Shown one piece after another: positions 1 through 18,912 of a DNA stretch of 64,000 bases. Positions within the stretch are counted from its first letter, which is position 1, and each line of letters opens with the position of its first letter. A program made the translations under genes and the position numbers. Source of the DNA: Phaeosaccion multiseriatum (lineage: Eukaryota > Protista > Ochrophyta, other classes); contig OZ218954.1 in the NCBI GenBank assembly GCA_965112735.1, forward strand, positions 3,968,001 through 4,032,000, in the 5' to 3' direction. Below the pieces are notes generated by a model, which searched no databases, was not told the DNA's origin, and saw only the letters and a program-made list of their open reading frames with translations.

Positions 1-3000
1 CCTGCCGAGGCGGCGAATGGATCTGACGTCGAGTTAAATAGGTCCGTAGGCTGCTGCTGCTGCGGCTGATTTGCCGATGCGGGGGCGGTCGGGGGAGCGA
101 AGAAGTCAACGAGGGCAGGAGAGGCGTGGGGTGGGAAGGCGGTTTCAGAAGAGGAAGACGGGGTGGTGGTGTTGGGGTTGGAGAACACGTCCCAATGCTG
201 TTGACTCTGCTGTTGGGCTTGTTCTTGCTGCTGGTGCTGCTGCTGTGGTTGTTGCCTTTGGTTCTGCTGACGAAGGCCACCGCTTCCTCCTCCTCCTCCT
301 CCCCCCCCTGCTGCTGGTGGGGGTGCTGTATCACCAACTGCTGCTGCTGCTGCTGCCCCCCCCTGCCGCATGGCCAATCGCCGTGCTGCGACCGAGTTGG
401 GATTGAGCCCCGCCCCCGCCGGCTCAGCCACCGCCCTCCTGCTCCCTGCCTCCTGCTGCGTCTGCCTGGCCTTGAGCTTCAGGGCCATGTTCTTCCTCGC
501 CTCCTCTTCCTCCGTATCCGCCGCTCCTGAGCAAGAGAGACAAGCAGGCAAGCCAGCAAGCAAGCAAGCAAAAAAAGACAAGAGAGGAGGGGGAGGAAGA
601 GGAGCAAGGGGGGGAAGGGCAGAAAACAGCGAGGTACAGGCGGGTACAGAGTTACAGAGAGGTACATACAGAGAGGTACAGGCGGGTACAGAGCTACATA
701 GAGATACATGCAGAGAGGTACAGGCGGGCACAGAGTCACATAGAGGTACATACAGAGAGGTACAGGCGGGTACAGAGTCACATAGAGGTACATACAGAGA
801 GGTACAGGCGGGTACAGAGTCACATAGAGGTACATACAGAGAGGTACAGGCGGGTACAGAGCTACATAGAGGTACATGCAGAGAAGTACAGGCGGGTACA
901 GAGTCACATAGAGGTACATACAGAGAGGTACAGGCGGGTACAGAGTCACATAGAGGTACATACAGAGAGGTACAGGCGGGTACAGAGTCACATAGAGGTA
1001 CATACAGAGAGATACAGGCGGGTGAGGTGCGTTCGGTTCGCTTGCAACAAGAGAGTCTCTGCTTGTCGTGTACTGAGCAACTGAGCGTCAAGCCAAGTCG
1101 GCATGGGGAAGGTATACTTTTCGTCTTGCGGCAACCAAAAGAGGTTACGCACGCAAGCTCAACTCACTTATCTCTCGCTTCTCTGTGTGTGTGTGTGGTT
1201 GTGTATCCAAGGCTCCCATCCATCCATATACACCACCGTACGAAAACAGCAGTCCAAAGTGCACCAACACTGCATCAACAGTGCAGCAACAGTGCATGAC
1301 CCCCATACACGCACCTGCCGTCTTGCTTGGCGGCAAAGGGCGGCCATTGAGAAGGGCCTCTACACACGCAGACACCTCCCCCACCGCCGCTCTCCGGGCA
1401 GGGTCCGTCTGCAGCATGCGCAGAATCAAGGCTCGGAAATCTTCCGAGAAGGAAAAGCCTATGGAGGAGGAGAGAGAGGTAGAGAGAGAGGAAGGGGGGG
1501 GTTTGAGATAGAGAGGGGAGAGGAGAGAGAGGGAGAGGAGAGAGAGGGAGAGGGAGAGAGAGGGAGAGAAGCAGAGAGACAGCGAGTGTGCAAAGGAGGA
1601 TGAGGATGAAGATGGCAGTGGAGGGGAAGGAGGAAGAGGAGGAAGATGGGTTCGGGGAAAGCAGTGGTGAGGAAACGGGTCAGCTGGGGGAAGAGAGCGA
1701 ACCAGAGGGAGAGGCCGAGAGGAAGAAAGATAAGCGAGGGAGGGATGGCAATGGATGGAGAGCGAGGGAGGGATGGCAATGGATGGAGGCGAGGCGGGGA
1801 TGCGCACTGCCTGCCGGGGGTGGTTCACTTTGCACAAGGGGTGCAGCGTCGAGACGCACGAACTCCAGAGCACCCGTGTCTCTCTCTCCCCTCCACCCTC
1901 CTCTCTCTCACCCGGAAGGAAGGTGACCTTGGCGTTGACAACTCCCAACTTGGAGTCCGTGTTGATGGGGTGCTTGAGATAGGCAGCGGCGTAGAGCAAA
2001 CAGCCCAACGCCCACATGTCAACTTGGGTATCGAGCTGCTCCCCACAAGCGAGGAAGAGGTCGCACATTTCGGGTGCGCGGTATTGGAGGGTGGTGCTTC
2101 GCTCAATCACCTGTGAGTTTGAGTGAGGGTGAGCGTGAGGGTGAGGGTGAGGGTGAGCGTGAGGGTCAGGTTGAGTGTCAGTGTGAGTAGGAGTTTGAGT
2201 ATCCCCCCTCCATGCACCCACGCCCCCTCTTACCTCCTCCTCGTAGGCCCTCTCCCTGGCGGTTGCCACTCTGACGGGCCCTGTAACGGCCGAGCCGAAG
2301 TCGCAGAGCTTGAAACGCCCGTCACTGCCACGCAGGACGTTCTCCAGCTTCAGATCTCTGGCACAGGGTGGTAGAGGCGTACAGGCGGGCACAGGTGGAG
2401 GCATATGGGCAGGCAGAGAGAGGCATACCGGCAGGCGCGTGAGTGGATGTGTGAGGACTACCATTTCGTGTCAGCTTGCGTTTGGGCCGTACTGCTTGCG
2501 TTTGGGCCGGACTGCATGTGTTTGGGCCGCATTGAGCACGCCGCTCATACCGTCCGTACCTATGAGCGACGCCCATCTGATGAAGGTACTTGACAGCTGA
2601 CACCACGTCGCTGAAGATTTGCAGCACCTGAGAGGAGGGAGGAGGGAGGGAGGGAGAAGAGAGACGAGGAGAGGAGGGAGGAGGAGAGGGGAGGAGAGGG
2701 GGTGAGAGGAGAGGAGAGAGGGGGGAGGAGAGGAGAGGAGAGGAGAGGAGAGGGGAAGGGAGGACAGGACAGGAAAGGACAGGAGAAGAAAGGGGGAAGA
2801 GCACGATCAGAGGCGCATGGGGAGGATGACAGGAGAAGAGAAGAGGGGGGAGGAGAGGAGCGAACGAAGTTAAGGGAGGGGGGAAAGGAGATGATCTTTG
2901 AGGAGGAGTAAGGGGAGAGGGGAAAGGAGATAATCTTTGAGGAGGAGCAACGACGACAAGAGCGCTACGTGGGCTCGAACGGTGTCTGCAGCCTGCCCAG

Positions 3001-4277
3001 TTTCAGTTTCAGCCTCAGTTTTAATGCACCGGAACCAAAGACAAGAAGACCGATAGCATGCCCACTTGAGGCAAACGACCCCCCACCTCACCCCAACCAT
3101 GCCCACCTCACCCGCCGCTCTCCCCTCCGCCTGGCTCCCGCTCATGCCCACATGCCCCTGTGCACATGCACATGCCCATATGCCCTGCCCATCCCGGCCT
3201 CTCCCCCTCTTATCTGCTCTCCTCTCCTCTCCTCTCTCTCTCTTACCTCTCTCTCCGGCAGCGGCCTCCCCCCCCTCTGATTGAGGCGTTCCAGCAGGTG
3301 GCCCCCTGGGCACAGCTCCATGAGAATGTTCGCCGCAGAGCTGCAGGAATTGGTGATAACAGCAGAAGCAAGGACGGACAGCAGCGTGGTTCGTGAGTGA
3401 CTTCAGAGTCAGAGGACTGTGGTCCCTCCCTCACTTACTCACGCACTCTCACTCACTCACTCACTCACTCACTCACCCACCCACTGACTCACTCACTGAC
3501 TCACTGACTCACTCACTACTCGCTCACTCACTCACTCACTCACTATCTCTCCCACTCACTCACTCACTCACTCACTCACCCACCCATTGACTCACGCACT
3601 CATTCACTCACTCATTCACACACACATGCACACTCACTCACCCACTCCCTCACCCACCCACTCACCCACCCACTGACTCACCCACCACTTACTCACTCAC
3701 TCACTCACTCACGACCTCTCTCACTCACTTGCTCTGGAAAGAATCTACCATTCGCACGAGGTTTGGGTGCTCGAATCTCTGCATTAACTCAATCTCGTTC
3801 CTGGCGACGTCCTCGGCCTCCGAGCTCTGTATCACCATCATCTTGAGCACAAGGGATTGCCCGCTCGCCTTGAGAGGAAGAGAGCATGCGCATTTCAAGG
3901 GGTTAACATCACTTGTTGGAGATTGAGAGTGCCCTTGTATGTTCTGTCGCGCTTCCCTATCTACCTGCCAAAGTAAAATATGACCACCACACGCCCAACC
4001 AGCCTACCCACCCCACCTACCCACTCCACTGCCCCGGGTGGATCATGAGCACTGTGCACCTATCTATTCTACTAGTAACGGGATCCACTCTATCTACTGT
4101 ACACCCTTTCTCTTGGCCTCACGAAACATTCTTTTGATACAATCGCAAGGAGTTTCACACAGACTGGCTCACCTGATCGACCACGTTGTACACGTCGGCA
4201 AAGCCCCCCTGTCCGATTTTGCCGCGAATCGCGCAAGTGTGGCTCCCTACCCTTATGGTTCCCTCCATGCCGGCCAT
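1..4277 (-). CDS. NAK-family (AAK1/BIKE/GAK/Ark1-Prk1-like) Ser/Thr kinase, multi-exon; 3' end runs off the window
   Basis: Spliced exons ~4277-4173 (MAGMEG..KIGQGGFADVY), ~3869-3729 (VLKMM..NEIELMQRFEHPNLV), ~3340-3247 (ILMELCPGGHL), ~2627-2560 (YLHQMGVAHR), ~2357-2234 (DLKLENVL..KLCDFGSA), ~2111-1912 (IERSTTLQYRAPEMCDL..DMWALGCLLY), ~1458-1315, and ~526-1 (Q-rich tail). CDFGSA and TTxQYRAPEM are NAK signatures. Confidence 0.9.
631..1023. repeat. 42-bp minisatellite, ~9.4 copies, intronic
   Basis: Unit GAGGTACAGGCGGGTACAGAGTCACATAGAGGTACATACAGA; explains the repetitive ORFs 370..1299 and 479..1003. Confidence 0.95.
3431..3728. repeat. (TCAC)n/(GAGT)n microsatellite at the 5' end of a kinase intron
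   Basis: Direct reading; on the sense strand it begins as the GTGAGT donor. Confidence 0.9.
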
Positions 4278-4917
4278 ACCGCCCGCCGCTCAGATCTCCA
4301 GACGGAAGATTCAAGGCGAGAAAAAGGGCTTTAAGGCGTCCTCTCGTGCACAACGACCACCCGCAGCCCCCGTCGCTGGGAATGCACCACTAGACACCGT
4401 ACAACGCCATCACTGGGGTGGTATTCATGTCGAGCGCCTTTGTGTCCGCTCTCTTTTCTCTTCCCGTCCCTGTTCTCGCTCCCTTGTCCTTCGCCTGAGT
4501 TGCTGTCTGTTGAAGCTATCGCGGAGAGCGCCTCTCATGCCGTATGAGCTCCTGGCGCCACTGCTGCGGATGAAGACCCCACTGTTGCATGTGCTGCGCT
4601 TCCAAACCCGTGCGTCCGCCGCAAAGACTTCACGACAGAGCCATCCGACGTGAGAGATGTTCTGATATCGGAGGAGCGATGCTTCGACTGTTTCACGACA
4701 GTTCTCGTCTCTTTTCGCTCCAGCGGCACCGGTTGCACAGACGCAAGACGGTTTACTTCAAAGTGGGCACAGATCAGTTGAAAATCCTCTTCTAGGAGTG
4801 GATCTGGGGAGGAGGAGAAGGGGGGAGGGGGATGAGGCCGATTGGGAATTTGATTTTCAGCTCGATTTTTGTCAGCGGGAGCAAGGAGAGAGGGTGGGTA
4901 TAGGGGGACAGGCGGTC

Positions 4918-12047
<7,130 letters not shown>

Positions 12048-13404
12048 AGAGAGCAGAGGGAAGCCTCAGCCTCAGTGGCTGAGACACATTATCCGTCTTC
12101 CTTTTCGCAGTGCAGCTGGAGGATGGAGGATGGAGGAGGAGAGTGCAAAGGTCCATAGGCTGCTTGCCTACCTCTGTGAATAGAGATATGGAAAGTTGAT
12201 AAACGTCAATACAAACCACATCGCTCAAGAGCACGTACGATCCTCTAGCTGTTGGATATCCTGTGGGGGTGGCGGCGACTTCACACATAGGGTGACTCAG
12301 AGCAGGGGGAGATTCAGGGGGGGTTGGAGGTCATTGAAGTGTTAGGCGAGGGCAGCAACCAGCGACGGCGTTAGCGTGCGCCGTGCTGGCCTATCTGAGG
12401 GAGGCTTCGGGTGTCGATGCGCAGAAGTGCACGCACACACGTCACGGTGAAAACGGGGCCGGGTCGGGTCACGTTTCACACCGGGGGGACTTGGGAGCTT
12501 CTGTTCATCAATGGGAGACAGGGGGGGAGCGTTAAGTAGTGGTAGTCAGCAAAAGTAGCAGCCAATGCACTACCAGCTGCTTGCTTCACAGCTTCGGAGC
12601 TTGGCTGCTTTCATGCCACAATGCCCCCCGCCCCCCTCATCAATTCAAATTCAATACTATCACTGCCCTCTCCGAGCGCTGTGTGTTTTTCCTCCCTCGC
12701 TCACCTACCTCCATGGGGTTTTTTGGTTTTTTTGTCCCCCTCAGACGTCCACACCCTAGCTATCATGAGTGTATTGCAGTTCCTCTCGCCTCTGCCCCGC
12801 GTCATCACCTACCTTTCTCCAAAGGCCCCCCGTGAACGGAACAGAAGTTGATTACCGTTTCACAATTGAAGATTTGGCAGAATGCCGAATACTTGGTCTG
12901 TGAAGTGAGTCCGAATTTAGAAGCGCTGCTGATGAGGAGTCCAGCTCACGGGAAAAGCAAGCTACTCGGCACTCCCTGTCCCACCCTTCCAAAAGCCCAG
13001 CAAAATATCCAGAGCTTATATTTACACCTCTGACTGTAACACCGTCCAAACAGCCTTCGGCAAGCCCCGCGAAGGGCAAACTGGAGGGAGAAGACTTTCG
13101 ATTTGCTGTACAGTGGCACCCGAATTTGCGGCGGGTGAAACCCTGGGGCCAGCGAAGTGGCGCTCGGAAGAGGAGCAAGGGAGAGAAAAGAGGAAGGTAG
13201 AGCGGAGAGTCGGGGGGACTTGAGTGTTGGAACGGTTGTTTGTTGAGGCAGGAGAGGACAGCTGGAGAATTTAGAGAGACCGAGGTGAAGGGAGGAGGAG
13301 GGGGGTGCAAGTGCGTGTCCCCGGCAAAGGGGCAACACAGCGCCACGATGAGAGAATTGAATACGTGTAGGAACAGCAATAGTCAGCGCAGGAGACGAGG
13401 GAGG

Positions 13405-16400
13405 ATGACTCCGACGGGAAAGGGAGGGTTGCTTTTTTGTGTGGCCTTGGCGCTCAGCGGGGGGAAAGTGGCACACTCGGCAGGCCTGAGGCAGCACGAA
13501 GGCCGCTCGGCAGGACCCCATGACCACAATCATCACCACCACCACGGCCACGCCGACCACGGCCATCGCCACCTCCAGATGGGGGATGTCCACCTCCCGA
13601 TTGGGAATGTGCAGAGGTGTGGGTCCCCACACCCCAGCGAAGAAGACCAGGAGAAGGATGCAGCCAAGATGGATGTCCAGCGAGCTCGGCGTGCGGCGAG
13701 AAGGAAGAAGAAGAAGAGCGAGGATGGCGACGGACGCTCCCTCCAGGAGGAGGAGGAGGGGGAGATCGTTGTGCCCCTCTTTGTGCATGCCTTTGACCCC
13801 CCGAATTGGAGGAACATCCGGAGGGCCACCGACTCTGAGATTGAGCGACAGGTGGCGGTGATCAATCTGGCCTTCAGTGGCAGCTTCTTTTTCGACTGTA
13901 AGTTGCTGCTGCAGGGCGGGGTTTGGTGGGAAGGAGGCGGGGGAGGGCTGCACAGCGGGGGGGCGTTGGGTGTTGAGGGGTCCTGCCTGTGGTTGAGGTT
14001 CTGATCTTGAAGTGCCCGCCCTTCGCCCGTCTTCGTTGTTGAGGGGTCCTGCCTGTGGTTGAGGTTCTGATCTTGAAGTGCCCGCCCTTCGCCCGTCTTC
14101 GTTGCTTAACAACACCAATCCGGCGCTAACGCGCTCCCCGTCTCCCCGCCCCCCCCCAACCTCCTCCACCCCTACCAACCCGATCGTTCAATCCCCTCTG
14201 CATCATGTCGTCATTCGGGATTACAGACCAGGAGACCATTCGCTACGACCAAGGGAGCGAGCCATACACCGCCCAAGTCAGCCCCTCCAACTACGCACCA
14301 AGGGGCGGGCAGTCGCCCACCAACGTGCTCAACCTCCTTGTGCGCGACCTCAGCAGGCTCGAGGACGACGGGGTGCCGACCCCTCTCCTGGGCTATGCCT
14401 TCTTCCCCGAGTTGGCGACGAACCCAAATGACGACAACGTGCACGTGCACCTGGGCTCTCTGCCGGGCCGAACAGAGTACGCCGGTCGGTACGACAGTGG
14501 AGACACATCCGTCCATGAAATCGGGTGAGTGAGTGAGTGAGTGAGTGAGTGAGTGAGTGAGTGAGTGAGTGAGTGAAGGAAGAGATGGCTGCAGATGGCA
14601 TGGTCACATGTTACTCTGAATGGCCTTCTCCATACTCACATGGTGTGTTCGTGCCCGCCACCCGCCTTCCCACACGCATTAACATTGCCCTGCCCTGCCC
14701 GCACCCCCCAGAAGCCCCCCAAACTCACGTATGCTTCCATCCATCCTACCGCTCCTGACACCAGGCACTGGCTGGGTCTGTACCACACCTTCAAGGGCGG
14801 CTGCGAGTCATCAACTGGCGACTATGTGGACGACACCCCCGCCAAGGCCTTCCCGCACGAGAGCAGCTGTCAGTTCTGGAGTGCCAACCACAGCAACGCC
14901 ACTGACTCGTGCCCCGGATCGCCGGGCGTGGACTTGCTCAACAACTACATGGATTGTGAGTCCAGAGAGAGATGGGTTTTTTTTTTTTTTTCCCTCCCCC
15001 TCTTCTTTCTACTCCTCGTCCTCGTTCTCCCCCTCCTCCTCCGCCATCCTCTCCTCCCTGAACTGAACCCCACTTCCATTGATGGCCACAACCAACCAAC
15101 CAACCAACCAGGTTGTAGCTCCATCTCACACGCACTCACACGGTGCCGCCCCCCCCCCCCCTTGTTGGTGTGCAGACTCGTTCGACAACTGCATGGACAG
15201 TTTCACCCCCGGCCAGCGGGAGCGAATGGTCCTTCAGTGGGAAGCCTACCGCGGTGAGTCAGTAAGTCAGTAAAAAGGCATGAGGAGGAGGAGGAGGGAA
15301 GCAGACAGCAGCGAGTGCTGGAGGCGAAGCGCAAGCTGCGTGTGTGGCGTGTGTGCGTGTGTACGTGGTGGTGAACAAGAATCCCCACCGTTGATGCTAT
15401 GCCGCCGCACCATATCCTTACCATGTATCCTCATCCCACCTTCTCCCCCACACAATATTTCCTATAAATCAGTAAGAAACCCCTCTCACCCTCCTCCCCC
15501 CCCCCCCTCCCCTCTTTGCTCCAATAAACAAACAGAGCGACCCGAGAGTCCTTCGCCCGGGCCCCCCCCGACCCTGGCTCCAGTTACAGTTACACCCCCT
15601 ACCCTGGCTCCAGTGACGGTTACACCCCCGACCCTGGCTCCAGTGACGGTTACACCCCCGACCCAGGCTCCTGTGGTCTTCGAGTCCACGCCGCCTCCTA
15701 CACCTAGCGGCCCACCCACCGTGGGCGGAGGAGGACCTTCCTTCACCCAATGCGCCGTCATTGAGCAGGAAACGAGGGACCTCTGTTCGGTGTGCAGCAA
15801 TGCCTGCGTCTCGACCTCCTGCTTCGTTGACTTGGGCTGCCCGATTCGAGGCGGGCTCGGCTGTGCCCTCGGAGGCATCCCGGCGTGCCGCAACTGCGAG
15901 TGGGGGGAAGCCTCCGCGATCGTGTGTCACGAATGCCCCGTGGAGGAGGCCCTGAGAGCGGTGGGCTGCCCCGTCTTTGGCTCCCCTTCTCCTCCTTCTC
16001 CTACTCCTACTCCTACTCCTACTCCTACTCGGTCTCCCACCCCACCACCCACTCAACAAGCCGCTCCACAACCCACCCCCAACCCAACACAAGGAGGACA
16101 GGGGGGAGGGTCGCAGGTCGAGGAGGGGTCAGGCGACGAGGGGGACGCATGTCTGACCAGATGCGTTGAGGCCAACCCGGGGGAGCCGTGCTACCTTGCC
16201 GTCGAGGCGTGTTCGAGGGGAGCAGCAGGATGTAACGTCCTTGGGATGCAAGACTGTCGCTTCTGCGGCTTCGGTAGCTGGCCTGACTGCCCATCGTCTG
16301 GCTCTCCCACCCCTTCTTCAACCACCCCCACCGGCAGCACCGGACCCAATGGGCCCACCCCCACATCCACACCCAGTTCTCCGGTTCTTGCGGTGCAGGA

Positions 16401-16593
16401 GGGAGAGGAGGGCACCGAGGGGCCTGACTCATGCGCCGCGCTCTGCTTGGAAATGAACCCTTCCGAGCCGTGCTTCCGCGACGAGGGCTGCGGTGGGCCC
16501 AACAGTGTGGGGTGCGGGGCGTTTGGCTTGCCTAACTGCCGATTCTGCGGGTTTGTTGACGGTGGGGGCTTCCGGTTTATGGACTGCCCCTGA
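13405..16593 (+). CDS. Secreted zinc metalloprotease, family M43 (pappalysin/ulilysin-like), with Pro/Thr linkers and three C-terminal Cys-rich modules
   Basis: Exons 13405-13897, 14227-14524, 14765-14955, 15176-15253, 15536-16593 join in frame. Signal peptide, His-rich propeptide with RCGS Cys-switch-like motif, LLGYAFFP, HEIGHWLGLYHTF zinc motif (split by an intron), GDYVDDTP, NYMDYSFDNCMDSFTPGQRERM Met-turn region. Confidence 0.92.
13971..14105. repeat. 66-bp tandem duplication in intron 1 of the M43 gene
   Basis: TGTTGAGGGGTCCTGCCTGTGGTTGAGGTTCTGATCTTGAAGTGCCCGCCCTTCGCCCGTCTTCGT x2. Confidence 0.9.
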
Positions 16594-17626
16594 AGGGAGG
16601 GAGTGCGTGGGTGGTTGGGTGAGGGAGTGCGTGAGGCAGTGAGTGAGTCATTGCATTGAGCGATTTCTCGACTTGGCTTGGTCGAGCCGACCGACCGACA
16701 CTCCAGAATGTTCTCAGCCTTGGACAGAGTGCAGTTTGAGAGCCTTCCTTTCCTTCCTTCGGGCGGTCAGGGGGGGGCTGGGGCGGTGGATGGTCACTTC
16801 CAGCGGCTCCAGCCTCGGCTCAGCTGCGGCTCAGCTCTCTCTTGTTGGCACCCGTGACGCGGTTGAGGCTTTTTACAGGTGCAGTGGTACTTTATATTAT
16901 AGTTTTGTCAGTGGGTGTGTGGAGTATACCAGAGGGCACTTCGGTCACGAGAGTTCTCTTTCTTCTTCACATGTTGTGTTTTTTTCAATAGTTTTATATA
17001 GATTTGCGTGGGCTCACGGGCCCACGCTATGTTCGAGCATGCAGCGCGCAAGGGGCAGACACACGGGCATACCGTCACCCTAAGCGACGCTCGCAGCTGG
17101 CAGGTGTATGGGCACGGCCATTAGAGGGCCCCGCCTATAGAGGGCCCCGCCTAGGCGAGAGAGAGATGAGGTGCAGCCGCACTTTCGGTTTGGCGCACCT
17201 TGTTCATTTCAGCTTTCTTTTTAGTCATTACTCTACATTACTTGGCATTTTGTGTGTAAAAAGATGAATAGCAACACGAACACATTTTAGCTCTGTAATG
17301 ATCCCTCGCCTCCACTTCCTGCGGAGCGAAGTCTGACCGCCGGGCCGGCACACATGGTGGTGTGCGTGTTGGTGCTTCGGCTTCTTCTAAGCCTTCTCGA
17401 GGCCGACGAGCGGCCTTTTGTACTCCCTCTCTCGCCCTCGCCCGCCCTCGCCTTCCCACTGAGCGACGTCTCACCGCCGACGCGGCGCATAGCTATTGTG
17501 CGAGTTGGTGGAATTGGTGCTCCAGCTTCAGTTCTGGAGCCTTCCCGAGACCGACGAGTGGCCTTGTGTAGCCCCACTCCCCATCTACTCCCTCTCGCTC
17601 TGAGGCAGTACCACCCCGCCTTGGCC

Positions 17627-18251
17627 TCAGCCAGGGGCTCCAGGTGGAACAGAGCCTCGGCCTTGACTGTTAGTGCTCTGCGCTCTGCTTCCTCGCTCTT
17701 CCCACGGATACTTGAAAAACAGAGGGTCCTTGAGCTCGGTGAGGAGGCCTTGCGTGTTGTGGCCCACCTCTTCGAAGTAGCCTTGTTCCCGCAGAGCACT
17801 CTCCTCCTCCTGCTTGCTCTCGCCGTCGCGCCCCCCTTCGACCCGACTGGCTGATGACGCCTGCCCGTACTGCTGTTGCTGCTGCCCCATCTCCATCTTC
17901 TCCTCGCCCTTGTGCTCCTCCTCGTCGACCTTGTTGTGATCTGTCTCCATCTGGCGCTGTCTCACCAGTCGTCTCCACTCTCTCAGAGAAAAGTCGCTCG
18001 GGGTAAACCATACCACTAAGACGAGGACTCCAGTAATCGCAAGGCCGGTGGCCAGCATCACGCCCATGACCACCCTGAGAGGAGGGAGGGGAAGGACAAA
18101 GCAGCACGAGGCACGAGAGAGCAAAAGACATTGGACACCGGATGGGGTTTGCTTGCTTGTCACGCGCTGCACACAGACCCATCACACACACACACCCAAC
18201 ACACACAAAACAGAAACAGTACCAAACATGCGTAAAAGACGACGTGGCCAT
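17627..18251 (-). CDS. Small hypothetical single-pass membrane protein (~158 aa), two exons
   Basis: Exon 18251-18223 (MATSSFTHV-W) joins exon 18074-17627 in phase across a GT..AG intron, giving VVMGVMLATGLAITGVLVLVVWF (hydrophobic) then a charged tail. No family recognised. Confidence 0.5.
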
Positions 18252-18912
18252 CGTTAACGAGAGCGTGTGTAGACTCCGACCCAGAGAAGAGAAGAGAAGG
18301 GGGGCGGAAAGGCAAGTGGGAAAGGGCTCTGTTTTTTTAGTTTCAGTTTCAATTCCTGATTTTTGTGCTCCCCCCAGATGCCCCCCACCCACACCCACCA
18401 CTTGTGTGCTTTTGATGTCCACCCTCTTCTCCTCGTCAGCTGTGCGGTCTGATCCCCCTGAGTGCAGGGAAGATTGACTACTACGTGGCATGAACCAATC
18501 ACCGTGAGCTCATTTTGTTTGTTGAACGCGCGCGTAAGGGAGCCCACTCACCTCCAACATTTAAACAAGAAACTAACTACTGCGCATCGTGTTGCCCTCG
18601 TCGAGACAGGTCGAATGCTGACATCTTACGATATAGAATGTTTATTTTACATGACGCACTACCGACACTACCACAAAAATACGGAGACAGAGAGAGGAGT
18701 GTTCGAGTTGAATTGCTGCAATGAATCAAGCAATGAATTGAAGACCATCGCGCACCTATGCAACTAGAGCGCAGCTTGCCCCCCCCCCCCCCCCCCATTA
18801 ACTACAGATATTCCTACACAAAAAGCCTCGGAGAGTAGTGGGCTCACTGGGCCCTGTGAGGCCTGTCTACCATCACCCCAAACCCTCGAAAACCCCACAC
18901 CATCCCAGCGGA

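Noticed and set aside
370-1299. 309-aa ORF with EVQAGTESHRGTYR repeats as a gene
   Set aside because: It is the antisense read-through of a 42-bp intronic minisatellite in the kinase gene.
12539-13379. ORFs upstream of the M43 gene, including TTG/GTG-initiated extensions
   Set aside because: Non-ATG starts in a eukaryote, no domain signal; likely promoter or 5' UTR.
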